Shown here: positions 10,026 to 20,166 of the stretch, in pieces
How positions within the stretch are numbered: the first letter of the stretch is position 1
Layout of the letters: each line of letters begins with the position of its first letter
Origin: a candidate division WOR-3 bacterium
GTDB lineage: Bacteria; Hydrothermota; Hydrothermia; LBFQ01; DSFT01
DNA: 37,124 nucleotides
Reading direction: 5' to 3'
Assembly: GCA_965649115.1 (NCBI GenBank)
Contig: CBFGJN010000015.1
Location: 1-37,124, forward strand
Position numbers and translations under genes: made by a program
Notes under the pieces: model-generated
Told to the model about the DNA's origin: nothing
What the model saw: the letters and a program-made list of their open reading frames with translations, nothing else
The model's database searches: none

Positions 10026-10705
10026 AAAGATTTTTGATAATTTTATTAATAATCCAAACAATTATTATAATTGGTGGTGGTTTCTATGTCTATAAAAACT
10101 ATATATCTAAACCGAAACAAGAAACAGTTATTGATATTAGAAAAGAGCTTGAACTTCCAAAAGAAACAACAAAAAGTGAAAATATAAAAGAACAGAGTGT
10201 AAAATCAGAAAAATTAATAACTCAAAATCAAACTACTGATACCACTAATAAAGTTTTAAAACCAGAAACAACAATAACAAATATAAATCAAATTCAATTT
10301 CCACAAGTTGAGGAAGTTAAACAAGAAAAAGTTGAAGAAAAACCTAAAAACCCAAGTGATATAAGAGTAGATGTTGATATTTCAAAAATTGATATTCCAA
10401 AGGTAAATCCTGAGCTATCAGGAGGATTTTCTGCCAGTGGAACCTTAGCATTACAACAAGCTTATGAAGAAGAACACAACTTAAATAAAACAATACAAAT
10501 AGCAAATGATATATTAAAATCAAATCCAAATGACAAATTAGCTCAAAAGTACAAAAAGCTAGCAGAACTTGAAATTATGGCATTAGATGCTTTAAATAAA
10601 GGTGATAGACAATCAGCATTAAATTATTATTATCAAATGCAATCAATTGACCCAGATAATAAGTGGGCTAAAAAAGGCATTATGAAAATTATGAGTGGAG
10701 GTTAA
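10022..10705 (+). CDS. Membrane-anchored TPR-like protein, paralogous to the C-terminus of the upstream gene
   Basis: Start at ATG 10022 (ATGA overlap), an N-terminal TM segment and the shared AYE.EHNL.KTI.IA..IL...PN motif. Confidence 0.75.
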   Translation: MKRFLIILLIIQTIIIIGGGFYVYKNYISKPKQETVIDIRKELELPKETTKSENIKEQSVKSEKLITQNQTTDTTNKVLKPETTITNINQIQFPQVEEVKQEKVEEKPKNPSDIRVDVDISKIDIPKVNPELSGGFSASGTLALQQAYEEEHNLNKTIQIANDILKSNPNDKLAQKYKKLAELEIMALDALNKGDRQSALNYYYQMQSIDPDNKWAKKGIMKIMSGG

Positions 10706-11838
10706 TGCTAAAAAAATTAGATTTTTATATAATTAAACTACATATCCTACCTTTTTTAGGTTCAATTTTAGTCATAACCCTTGTTCTACTTCTTGATAAA
10801 ATTTTTGATTTAATGGACTTACTAATTAGAAAAGGCGTGCCAGTAGAAATTGTTATAAAATTATTTATATATGCACTCCCATTTATATTAGCACTTTCAG
10901 TTCCTATGTCTGTTTTGATAGCAAGTTTAATAGCTTTTGGAAATTTATCACAAAATTTTGAAATTATTGCTGCAAAATCCTGTGGAATAAGTTTAAAAAG
11001 GCTTTTATTAGGACCAATTATATTTTCAACAATTGTTTTTATTTTTATGGTTTGGTTTAATGATAGAATTCTACCTGAATCAAATCATAAATTTAAAAAT
11101 TTGTTAATTGATATTTACATTAAAAAACCAATAGCCCAAATAAAATCAGGTTTATTTAATGAAATTGGAAACTATAAACTATATATTGGAAATAAAGATG
11201 ACAGAACGTCTTATTTACAAGATATAAGAATTTACGATATATCAGATTATGGTAAAACATTCATAACTGCGAGAAGTGGTTATATTTATAGTGTTGAAGA
11301 TAGCATCCTAATTTTAGATTTAAGAGATGGTCAAATTCATCAACTTTTAGACGGATTTACCAAAAAATATAGAACAATAGACTTTGAAAATTATCAAGTT
11401 ATAATAAAACTTGACATTAGAATGCAAATTAGAGAAAGGGAATTTAGAGGAGATAGAGAAATGAATATAAAGCAATTATTTGAAGAAATGGAAAGAAAAA
11501 AGAAGGAATACGAAATGACAAAAGATTTAGATTTAAAGAAATATCACAAAATGAGAATTAATCAAATTTTAGTAGAAATTCACAAAAAGTTTTCCATGCC
11601 ATTTTCTGCAATTATATTTGTTTTATTATCCGCTCCAATATCTTCAATAATAAGGAGAGGTGGTTTTGGTCCTGCACTTGGTGTATCCTTTATAGTATTT
11701 ACAATTTATTATATTTTCCTAATTGGAGGAGAAGAACTTGCCAAGAAAAATATAGTAAATGGTGCAATTGCAATGTGGTTTCCTAATTTCTTATTTTTCA
11801 TTATAGCAATATATTTAATTAGAAGAGAAGAATACTAA
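10705..11838 (+). CDS. LptF/LptG family LPS export permease
   Basis: 3 TM + periplasmic domain + 3 TM. Motifs EIIAAKSCGIS, EIHKKFSMPF and WFPN. Confidence 0.9.
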   Translation: MLKKLDFYIIKLHILPFLGSILVITLVLLLDKIFDLMDLLIRKGVPVEIVIKLFIYALPFILALSVPMSVLIASLIAFGNLSQNFEIIAAKSCGISLKRLLLGPIIFSTIVFIFMVWFNDRILPESNHKFKNLLIDIYIKKPIAQIKSGLFNEIGNYKLYIGNKDDRTSYLQDIRIYDISDYGKTFITARSGYIYSVEDSILILDLRDGQIHQLLDGFTKKYRTIDFENYQVIIKLDIRMQIREREFRGDREMNIKQLFEEMERKKKEYEMTKDLDLKKYHKMRINQILVEIHKKFSMPFSAIIFVLLSAPISSIIRRGGFGPALGVSFIVFTIYYIFLIGGEELAKKNIVNGAIAMWFPNFLFFIIAIYLIRREEY

Positions 11839-11841
11839 ACT

Positions 11842-12573
11842 ATGAAAGTAAGACTTGACCAATTACTTGTTATAAGAAATTTAGTTGAAAGTAGAGAAAA
11901 AGCAAAGGCACTAATTATGTCAGGGAATATTATTGTAAATGGTGTCATTATTGATAAACCAGGAAAACTTGTTGATATAAATTCTGAAATTAAAATAAAG
12001 GAAAAATTGAAATATGTTTCAAGAGGTGGTTTAAAGCTTGAAACTGCCTTAAATTATTTTAAATTAGATGTTAAAAATTTTATTTGTCTTGATATTGGTT
12101 CTTCAACAGGTGGATTTGTAGATTGCTTATTACAAAGAGGAGCAAAAATTGTTTATGCAGTTGATGTTGGAAAAAATCAACTTCATGAAAAGTTAAGAAA
12201 TGATAAAAGGGTTATTTCTTATGAAGAGAAAGATGCTCGTGAGCTAAACGAAAATGATATAAAAGAAAAAGTCCATCTAATAACGATTGATGTTTCATTT
12301 ATAAGTTTAACGAAAATTATCCCACATGTTATAAAATTTTTAAAAGATGATGGATATTTATTAGTTCTTGTTAAACCACAATTTGAACTTGAAAAAAAAT
12401 TCATTAAAAAAGGTGTCGTTAGAGATGAAAATTTAAGAAAATTAGCAGTGGATAAAATTTTAAATTTTTTAAAAGAACTTAAATTTGAAATTTTAGGTGT
12501 AGTTAGGTCTTATCCACCAGGACCAAAAGGAAATCATGAATTTTTTGTTTTAGCGAAAAAAAACTTGATTTAA
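11842..12573 (+). CDS. tlyA: TlyA family rRNA 2'-O-methyltransferase
   Basis: S4 domain RLD, plus YVSRGGLKL, DIGSSTGGF, DVSFISL, VKPQFE and GPKGNHE. Confidence 0.95.
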   Translation: MKVRLDQLLVIRNLVESREKAKALIMSGNIIVNGVIIDKPGKLVDINSEIKIKEKLKYVSRGGLKLETALNYFKLDVKNFICLDIGSSTGGFVDCLLQRGAKIVYAVDVGKNQLHEKLRNDKRVISYEEKDARELNENDIKEKVHLITIDVSFISLTKIIPHVIKFLKDDGYLLVLVKPQFELEKKFIKKGVVRDENLRKLAVDKILNFLKELKFEILGVVRSYPPGPKGNHEFFVLAKKNLI

Positions 12574-12614
12574 TAAAAAACAAAGGTATTGCGCACAAAT
12601 CAGTTTATTTTTAA

Positions 12615-12662
12615 ATTTCTTATTTTTCCCAACCCACCCTCTAAAAAACCCCCAATAAAATT
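12615..12662 (-). mobile_element. Short element remnant
   Basis: TTTCTTATTTTTCCCAACCCACCCT...CCCCCAATAAAAT matches the G-tract end on the minus strand. Confidence 0.55.
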
Positions 12663-12874
12663 ATTACATGGCTAACTGCTACTGAAAAACTCTATAAAGG
12701 ATTCTTATACTCAAAAAATTCCAACTTCAATAAGAATAGACTATGAACTAATATGCTCCTGTAAGTGTTAGATATATTATAAAAATTGACCCTAATGCTC
12801 TTTTTTAGCAACCTTTCCAACTTATAATCCAGGGGGAGGTGCTTATTATCAGAGAAGTAAGGGGCTTTTTTAGT

Positions 12875-13963
12875 CTAAAAAAATTGCTTAATAAATTCTG
12901 AAAATTTTTTTCTAAATTCTTGCTTTGAGAATCTTTCTGAATTTTTTCTTATCTCATAAGGGTCAAATTTATCTTCAATTTTTTCAAATTTTAATATAGC
13001 ATCTATTAAGCTTTCCTCATTTTGATAATCAAAAAATAAACCTGTTTTATTCTCAATAACGCTTTCTAAAACACCTCCTTTTCTATAAGCGATTACTGGT
13101 GTTCCGCAAGCTTGCGCTTCAACAGGAAGTATTCCAAAGTCCTCATCAGCCATATATATAAATGCTTTTGCTTTCTTTAAGTAGTTTTTTAATGCCTCAA
13201 AATCAACATGCCCCATCAATTCAACATTAGAACTTGACAATTTCTTAATTTTTTTGAAATTAGGTCCATCTCCAACTACTAAAAGTTTTTTATCTTTTAG
13301 TCTTGAAAACGCTTTAACAATAATATCAATTTTTTTATATTCAACCATTCTTCCAGCAGTTATATAAAAATTCTCTTTTTTCGTTTCTATTTCAAATTTT
13401 TCAATATCAACAGGTGGATAAATTACGATAGCATCTTTATTATAAGTCATTTTTATTCTTTTGGCTACATTATTTGAATTAGCTATAAAATAATCTATTC
13501 TTTGTGAGGAAATATAATCCCAAATTCTAATTTTATGTAAAAAATAACTTGCTAAAATTTTAAAAATTGGATTTAATGAATTTATGTAATCAAAATATAA
13601 ATCCCAAGCATATCTTATTGGTGTATGACAATAACAAATATGAATTTGATTAGTTTTTTTTAAAACACCTTTTATAAATGCATGTGATGAACTTATTATA
13701 ATATCGTATTTTGAAAGGTCAATTTGTTCAACAATAATTGGATAAAGAAAAAAATAATATCTATAAAATTTTTTTGAAAGTGGAAATTTTTGTACAATTG
13801 TTGAATTAACTTTTCTATTTTCAATTCCAAGAAGTTTTAAACTATTTTTATCATAAACGATTGTCCAAATTTCTCCATCTTTAATTATTTCACATATTTC
13901 CTTAAAAACTTTTTCAGAGCCTGCAATATCTATTATCCAATCGTGTAATAATGCTATTTTCAC
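12875..13963 (-). CDS. Glycosyltransferase family 4 (WbaZ-like mannosyltransferase)
   Basis: Motifs HDW....GSE, CHTPIRYAW, VIYPPVD and EDFGILPVEAQACG. Confidence 0.92.
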   Translation of the reverse strand: MKIALLHDWIIDIAGSEKVFKEICEIIKDGEIWTIVYDKNSLKLLGIENRKVNSTIVQKFPLSKKFYRYYFFLYPIIVEQIDLSKYDIIISSSHAFIKGVLKKTNQIHICYCHTPIRYAWDLYFDYINSLNPIFKILASYFLHKIRIWDYISSQRIDYFIANSNNVAKRIKMTYNKDAIVIYPPVDIEKFEIETKKENFYITAGRMVEYKKIDIIVKAFSRLKDKKLLVVGDGPNFKKIKKLSSSNVELMGHVDFEALKNYLKKAKAFIYMADEDFGILPVEAQACGTPVIAYRKGGVLESVIENKTGLFFDYQNEESLIDAILKFEKIEDKFDPYEIRKNSERFSKQEFRKKFSEFIKQFF

Positions 13964-14586
13964 TTTATGAATTTAACAAATTCTTCATATGGTAAATCAC
14001 CTTCAATTTTTTGTCCATTTATAATAAATGTTGGTGTTGCTCTGATGCTATCTTTCAAGCCTTCTTCCGTATCTTTAAAAATAATGTCTTTATATTTTTT
14101 GCTATCAAAACAATTTATAAATTTTAATGTGTCAAGTTTTAGTTCATATGCAATTCTTATAAAATTTCGTCTATTGTAAGCAAATGGACCAGATTTCATA
14201 AATTCATTAAATAGTTCATGACTATATTCCCAATATTTTCCTTGTTCATAAGCACATCTGCTTGCTAATGCAGGTTCTAATGACTGGGGTCTAAGTAAAA
14301 AGTTTTTAGAAATAAATTTTACTTTTCCACTTTGGATATATTGATTATATAGTTTTGGTAATTTTTGTAAATGGAAATTTGCACAATGAGGACAAGTAAA
14401 GTCAAAGTATTCTACTATCGTGTTTTGAGCATTTTCATAACCTAAGGTTGGATTTTCAGCATCTTTAATTTGAACTTTATATTCAATGTTTTGTTTCTGA
14501 TTTAGATTTCTACTATAAATAAAAGCTAAAAAGCTAATTATTATTCCTACAACAATTCCAATAAGAATAATATAATTTTTTTTCAT
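13960..14586 (-). CDS. DsbA-family thioredoxin-fold oxidoreductase
   Basis: N-terminal TM segment, DFTCPHC active site and TPTFIING. Confidence 0.92.
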   Translation of the reverse strand: MKKNYIILIGIVVGIIISFLAFIYSRNLNQKQNIEYKVQIKDAENPTLGYENAQNTIVEYFDFTCPHCANFHLQKLPKLYNQYIQSGKVKFISKNFLLRPQSLEPALASRCAYEQGKYWEYSHELFNEFMKSGPFAYNRRNFIRIAYELKLDTLKFINCFDSKKYKDIIFKDTEEGLKDSIRATPTFIINGQKIEGDLPYEEFVKFIK

Positions 14587-15395
14587 TAGTTTTGAAGCTT
14601 AAAAGCAAATGGAATGATTACTCTTACTTTAACTTTTTTGTCTTTCATCATTCCAGGCTTAAATTTGTACTGATAAGCTGCTTTTAATGCTGGCTCCTCA
14701 AAAACCTTATTTGTACTACTTACAACTTCCGCATATATAACATTTCCGTTTTCGTCTACAATTGCTGCTACTGTAACTCTTCCTTCAAGACCTGCTTTTC
14801 TTGCTACTTCTGGATATTCTGGAAGAACAGTTTTTATTGGTTCAGGCTTTACTTCAACTTTAAAAAATTCATAATATTCACCTATTCCACCACTACTTAC
14901 ACCAGGCAAGGCTTCCGTTGATAATAAATCACTTAAATCTTTTTGATTCGTAATTCCAACTACAACATCTGCATTCTCATCTTTCGTTTCATCAAACTTG
15001 GCTTGACTTTCCAAATTTTCTTGAATTGACTTTTCATCTACTTTAACATTCTTTTGTTCAGGAAGGATATTTTTCTGTTTCATTAATTCTTTTAATAATT
15101 CTTGTTTTATTTCTTTTCTTTGTTCTTGTTGAATTGGTTGAATTTCCATAGGCTTCTTATTCAAGAAATCACTTTTTTCCTCAATTAACTTTATTTCTTT
15201 AAGTTTTGCTTCTTCAATTGCTTTCTTAACGAAACTTGCTCCCATAAATGAACCTATTGCAATGTGGAAAATTAACGCTATAATCAATAGTAAGCTTATT
15301 CTTCTTTTGGATCCTTTTTCTTCTTCCCATTGGGGAAGGACAATTTTTCTTTTACCAACTATAATTTCCTCTTGCTTTATCTCTTCCTTTTTCAT
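14586..15395 (-). CDS. TonB family energy transducer
   Basis: TM segment with a conserved His and a TonB C-terminal domain (PEYPEVARKAGLEGRV...FKPG). SD AAGGGGGTG. Confidence 0.88.
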   Translation of the reverse strand: MKKEEIKQEEIIVGKRKIVLPQWEEEKGSKRRISLLLIIALIFHIAIGSFMGASFVKKAIEEAKLKEIKLIEEKSDFLNKKPMEIQPIQQEQRKEIKQELLKELMKQKNILPEQKNVKVDEKSIQENLESQAKFDETKDENADVVVGITNQKDLSDLLSTEALPGVSSGGIGEYYEFFKVEVKPEPIKTVLPEYPEVARKAGLEGRVTVAAIVDENGNVIYAEVVSSTNKVFEEPALKAAYQYKFKPGMMKDKKVKVRVIIPFAFKLQN

Positions 15396-15462
15396 GTTTT
15401 CACCCCCTTAAAAAGGTTAAAAACGATAACCTAAATTTTAAAGCATAATTAAAAAGTCTTGG

Positions 15463-15491
15463 TACTGTGTCCAAATTTATTGAACAAAGCA
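15463..15491. mobile_element. Ends-only (29-bp) derivative of the element
   Basis: TACTGTGTCCAAAT+TTATTGAACAAAGCA: the two termini abut with the whole interior deleted. Confidence 0.7.
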
Positions 15492-15500
15492 GAGCTTTAA

Positions 15501-16682
15501 TTACCCTACAATTGAAATAGAATAATTTTCAAAATTTCTTATAATGCTTATAATTTTTTCAAAATTTTCTTCATTTAAATTTTCTAATTCGTTTATAAAT
15601 TCCTCCAAGGTGATTATTTTTCCTCTAAAAAGATATTCACTTAAAACAAAATTTAAATAATTAGGTCTATATTCAAGTTCAATCAAAAGTTGAGATTTAA
15701 ATTTCTGCTTAACTTTTTCTAAAGCTTTTTTTGTCCATTCAAAATTTTTTAAAATTTTTTTGACTTCATTTAAAACTTTTTCAAATTCTTTACAATCAAT
15801 AGAATAATTTATTCCAAAAATACAAACCTCATTATAAAAATCTAAAAATGTATGAATATCATAAACAAGCCCTTTTTTCTCTCTTATAATGTCAAATAGT
15901 AAAGAATTACTCCCATCTCCAAGATAATTTGAAATAATCAATAGTTCTAATCTAAAATTTTTATAATCGAATATAGGAATTCCTAAATTAACATAACAAT
16001 GATTGTTAAATTTAAATTTCTCTTTTATTGAAGGTTTGTAATTTTTAAATGGATTAATTTTAATTTCGTAGTCATTTTCCAAGAAAAAATTTCTTTCTAT
16101 GAAATTAAAAATTTTATCTTTTTGAAAATTACCACTAATCATTAAAATAACATTATCTTTTGAAAAAACTTCTTTCTTCCTTTCTTCCAAATCTTTTAAT
16201 GTGAAATTTTTTATTGTTTTTGGACTTCCAAGGATATTTCTTCCAAGTGGATGATTTTTGAAAATCGCCCTATTAAGATAATAATAACTTAATTCTTCAC
16301 TATCATCAAAAAACTCACTATATTCTTGTAGAATTACATTTTTTTCAGTTTCATAATTTTCAAATGTAGGATTTTTAACTATATCAAATAAAATATCAAG
16401 TGCTGAAAATATCTTTTCATTTATAACACTTGTAAATATAACAACATTTTCCTCACTTGTAGTAGCATTAATTGAATTACCATAAAGCTCAAAGAATTCA
16501 TTAATTTCATAATACTTGTATTTTTTTGAACCTTTGAATATGTTATGTTCCAAAAAGTGAGTAATACCTGATTTTTTTTCATAGCGAGAACCAACTTTTG
16601 AAACAAGAATTATATAGCAAATTTTTGAATTTTCTCTATAATCTAAAATAACTTCTAAATTATTTATTTTTTCCAAATCCAT
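15501..16682 (-). CDS. M16 (pitrilysin) family metallopeptidase
   Basis: VGSRYE..SGITHFLEH (HxxEH), NATTS and IREKKGLVY. Confidence 0.92.
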   Translation of the reverse strand: MDLEKINNLEVILDYRENSKICYIILVSKVGSRYEKKSGITHFLEHNIFKGSKKYKYYEINEFFELYGNSINATTSEENVVIFTSVINEKIFSALDILFDIVKNPTFENYETEKNVILQEYSEFFDDSEELSYYYLNRAIFKNHPLGRNILGSPKTIKNFTLKDLEERKKEVFSKDNVILMISGNFQKDKIFNFIERNFFLENDYEIKINPFKNYKPSIKEKFKFNNHCYVNLGIPIFDYKNFRLELLIISNYLGDGSNSLLFDIIREKKGLVYDIHTFLDFYNEVCIFGINYSIDCKEFEKVLNEVKKILKNFEWTKKALEKVKQKFKSQLLIELEYRPNYLNFVLSEYLFRGKIITLEEFINELENLNEENFEKIISIIRNFENYSISIVG

Positions 16683-17548
16683 TTTAGAACCTTTGCAGTA
16701 TTGCTATGAATTTCAACAAGATCTTCAAACTTTCTACTATATCCTCCTGCTAAAAGAACAACAATAGGAATTTTTTTATCATAAGCATAGTTTATTACAA
16801 TTTCATCTCTTTTCTTAATGCCTTCAATTGTTAATTTTAGATTAGCAAGCATATCATCATAATAAACATCAGCTCCTGCTAAATAAACAATAATTTGCGG
16901 AAAAAATTTATTGAAAATTTCTTTCAACGCAGAATTTAAAATATTTAAATAAGTTTCATCATCAGTTCCTTCTTCTAAGCCAATGTCTAAATCACTTTTT
17001 TCCTTTGGAATTGGATATAACCATTCTTGATGCATAGAAAATGTAAAAACATTACTATCATTTCTAAAAATATGTGCTGTTCCATTGCCTTGATGAACAT
17101 CTAAATCTATAACAAGTGTTTTTAAATTTAGTTTTTTAATGGCATAAGCAATATCATTTAAATAGCAAAATCCTTCTGCGTGGTCTTCATAAGCATGATG
17201 AAAACCTCCTCCGCAATGAAAAGCATAACCATTTTCTAATGCTAATTTACTTGCTTTATATGTTCCATCACAAGCTAATAAAAATAACTCAATGATTTCT
17301 TTATTTAAGGGTAATTCAGAATAAGCGGTTCTTTTAGTTATTCTTAAATTTTTTAAATCATCAAGATATTCTCTTGTATGAACAATTAATAATTCATCAA
17401 GGCTTATTAATTCTGGCTGTAAAACTTCATCTTCTTTTAAAATTCCTTCACTTAATAACTTTTCATAAACTGCTTTATATTTCTTTGTTCTAAATGGATG
17501 ATTACCAAAATCAACGATGTACTTATCTGAATAAACGAACCATTTCAT
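16664..17548 (-). CDS. Histone deacetylase family protein
   Basis: Motifs GGFHHA, GFCYLND, DLDVHQGNG and AGGY. Confidence 0.95.
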   Translation of the reverse strand: MKWFVYSDKYIVDFGNHPFRTKKYKAVYEKLLSEGILKEDEVLQPELISLDELLIVHTREYLDDLKNLRITKRTAYSELPLNKEIIELFLLACDGTYKASKLALENGYAFHCGGGFHHAYEDHAEGFCYLNDIAYAIKKLNLKTLVIDLDVHQGNGTAHIFRNDSNVFTFSMHQEWLYPIPKEKSDLDIGLEEGTDDETYLNILNSALKEIFNKFFPQIIVYLAGADVYYDDMLANLKLTIEGIKKRDEIVINYAYDKKIPIVVLLAGGYSRKFEDLVEIHSNTAKVLKWIWKK

Positions 17549-18135
17549 ATGATTAAACCAAAGACCGAAATTATTAAATTACTAACAAAATTTAAATATA
17601 GACTTATTAAGCCCTTAAAAAAGAAAACTATAACTAAAAGAATAATAAATCCATAAGTTTCTGCTGTCCTATTAAATGTTAAGTTTGAGAATACACTTGA
17701 AATAATTCTCCACCCATCAAGTGGAGGAAGAGGAATTAAGTTAAAAGCAAATAAAAATATGTTTATATAAAGTGTTGAAGAAAAAAGAAAATTTAAAACT
17801 TCATTATTTAACTGCAACTTAATTAAAATAAAGCAAATGAAAGCAATAATTAAATTTGATAGTGGTCCTGCAAAGGCTATAATTATAACATCTCTTCTAA
17901 AATTCCTTAAATTATATATATTTATTGGAACAGGTTTAGCCCATCCAAAATGAAGAAGAATTAACATTATAAAACCAATAATATCAATATGTTTTAGTGG
18001 GTTTAGTGTTAATCTTCCTTCTAATTTTGCTGTATAATCCCCTAATTTGTATGCTGCTAATGCATGTGCGTACTCGTGAAATGTGATACCAATTAAAATA
18101 GCTGGTAAATAATATAAAAATTCAAGAAAATTCAT
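17545..18135 (-). CDS. Site-2 protease (M50)
   Basis: Motifs HEYAH, AGPLSN and NLIPLPPLDG. Confidence 0.95.
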   Translation of the reverse strand: MNFLEFLYYLPAILIGITFHEYAHALAAYKLGDYTAKLEGRLTLNPLKHIDIIGFIMLILLHFGWAKPVPINIYNLRNFRRDVIIIAFAGPLSNLIIAFICFILIKLQLNNEVLNFLFSSTLYINIFLFAFNLIPLPPLDGWRIISSVFSNLTFNRTAETYGFIILLVIVFFFKGLISLYLNFVSNLIISVFGLII

Positions 18136-19301
18136 TTGAAAATTTTAAGGCTAAAACTAACAATTCCAAGTAAAGAACCACCTAATCCACCTATTAAAAA
18201 AAGATAATTAGGTTTTAAAAATTCACCCAAAAATCCCATAAACAAACCTGATAATGACATAAAACCAATTACTGCCATATAAATCATAGAAAAAACTCTT
18301 CCCCTTATCTTTTCATCTACGTACTTTTGAATTATTGTTGTTCTTGAAATCGTAATAAGTGGAATAAATAATCCATGAATAAATACAAAAATTAAAGCGG
18401 TTTTATAATCATTTATGAAGAAAAATGGAATATAGGTAAAACCATCAAGAAATATCCCAATTTTTAACATATTTATTTCATCAAATTTTAATTTTGAAAT
18501 GATAATAGCTCCTAAAAACCATCCAAATGATAAGAATGCATTAAAAAGTGCAAATTCCTTTGCTGATAAATTGAGATAGTTTTTAATATATAAGCTTGAA
18601 GCAACATTTGTAAGACCCATTATAAAGAAGTTATCAAGTGCAGTTAAAATGAAGAGTATTAAAATTGACTTATTAGTTCTTAAAATTTCAAAATAAGATT
18701 TTAAATCCTCAATTATAGAAAAATTTCTCTCCAATTTTTGATTTTCCTTGTAATTTATTATCAAAGCAAAAAAACTAATGAAAATTAAAAAAATTCCATC
18801 AAGAAACAAAAGCATAATCATATCATTTTTTAAATATAAAATTAAAGGTGGTAATAATCCTCCTATAAAAAGCGCGAACTGATATGAACTTTGGACAATA
18901 GCATTATAATAGAACAATTTTTCTTTATCCTTAACAAGATATGGAATTAGTGCATCTCTTGAAGGTGGATATAAAGTTGAAAATGAAGAAACAATAAAAC
19001 CTATTATTCCAATTACAATCCAATTTAACTTATTTGAAACACTAAAAAATGGAATAAATAACAAAAATAAACCTGAAAAGAATATAGAAATAAAAAGCAA
19101 GAATTTTTTATTATATCTATCTACCAAAACACCTGCTAAGAAGCTTATCGTTAAGAATGGTAATGTCTCAAAAAAACTAACAATCCCTGCTTTTAACGAA
19201 GGATTAAATTTCTCAATTGAAATTACAAGAAAAGGAACAATTGAAATATATATTTGATCTGCTAATCCAACGAGAAATTGGATAAAAATTAATAAGGCCA
19301 T
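18132..19301 (-). CDS. MFS transporter
   Basis: About 12 TM segments, with AGVLVDRYNKK and RGRVFS. Confidence 0.9.
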   Translation of the reverse strand: MALLIFIQFLVGLADQIYISIVPFLVISIEKFNPSLKAGIVSFFETLPFLTISFLAGVLVDRYNKKFLLFISIFFSGLFLLFIPFFSVSNKLNWIVIGIIGFIVSSFSTLYPPSRDALIPYLVKDKEKLFYYNAIVQSSYQFALFIGGLLPPLILYLKNDMIMLLFLDGIFLIFISFFALIINYKENQKLERNFSIIEDLKSYFEILRTNKSILILFILTALDNFFIMGLTNVASSLYIKNYLNLSAKEFALFNAFLSFGWFLGAIIISKLKFDEINMLKIGIFLDGFTYIPFFFINDYKTALIFVFIHGLFIPLITISRTTIIQKYVDEKIRGRVFSMIYMAVIGFMSLSGLFMGFLGEFLKPNYLFLIGGLGGSLLGIVSFSLKIFK

Positions 19302-19918
19302 TCAATAACCTCTAATTCAACGGGTGCTGTTCCATCTTCAATTAAATCAATTTTTTTAGCACTAATATATGACAAATCAATTATTCTTCCTTTTTTAAAT
19401 GGTCCTCTATCTACAATTTTTACTTCAACAACTTTATTATTTTTTAGATTTTTAACCCTAACAATTGTTCCACAGGGAAGTGTTTTATGTGCAGCATAAA
19501 ACTTATTTTTATCAAAAATTAAACCACAAGCAGTTTTTTTACCTTGAAAATTATAACCATACCAACTTGCATATCCCCTTTGAATAAATTTTTCCTTTCC
19601 TCTTGGAATACTTTTTATAATAATTTTAACCTTTTCTTTACCTTTAATATCAATTATTTCAGAAGCTTTTTTTGAAATATGAATAATTACCCCTCTTTTT
19701 GGAAATAATCTATCATTTATTTTAACTTCAACACTCTTATGATTTTTTAAATTTATAACCTCCACAATTGTCCCAAATGGCAAATATGGATGAGCAGCAG
19801 TTAATAAAGAACCTTTATAAATTTCACCTGATGCAGTCTTTTTATTTTCATATTTTTTTGAATAAACAAGTGCATAACCTATCTCCTCTTTCGGATATAA
19901 AATTAGTAAAATAAGGAT
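19289..19918 (-). CDS. rlpA: RlpA-family lytic transglycosylase with two DPBB domains; apparent ATC start
   Basis: Domain 2 reads GYASWYG..KTACG..AAHKTLP..DRGPF..RIIDLS. The frame stays open upstream of TTG 19783 with domain-1 motifs (GYALVY..KKTASGE..TAAHPYLPFG) up to the stop at 19928-19930. Confidence 0.8.
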   Translation of the reverse strand: MLILLILYPKEEIGYALVYSKKYENKKTASGEIYKGSLLTAAHPYLPFGTIVEVINLKNHKSVEVKINDRLFPKRGVIIHISKKASEIIDIKGKEKVKIIIKSIPRGKEKFIQRGYASWYGYNFQGKKTACGLIFDKNKFYAAHKTLPCGTIVRVKNLKNNKVVEVKIVDRGPFKKGRIIDLSYISAKKIDLIEDGTAPVELEVIEWPY

Positions 19919-19953
19919 TTTAAAATTTTAAAGTTGGTGATCAATAACCTTAT

Positions 19954-20155
19954 GCTGTGTCCAGTAATTCTGAAAGTATTTATTTTTCTATATTTTCCCC
20001 ACCCGCCCTGAAAATAAAGCGGAGCTTTATAAACGCCCAATTTTCGGCTTTGGGGGGCGGAGCCCCCCTTTAATCCCCCCATTAAATCAATAATTTCAAA
20101 AAAATTTCATAAATTATTGATAGTCAAGGACTTAACATGATTTACTGGACAAAGC
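19954..20155 (-). mobile_element. Full-length element (202 bp), tandem unit 1
   Basis: Ends GCTGTGTCCAGTAA...TTACTGGACAAAGC. Flanked by AATAACCTTAT at 19943-19953 and 20156-20166. Confidence 0.92.
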
Positions 20156-20166
20156 AATAACCTTAT

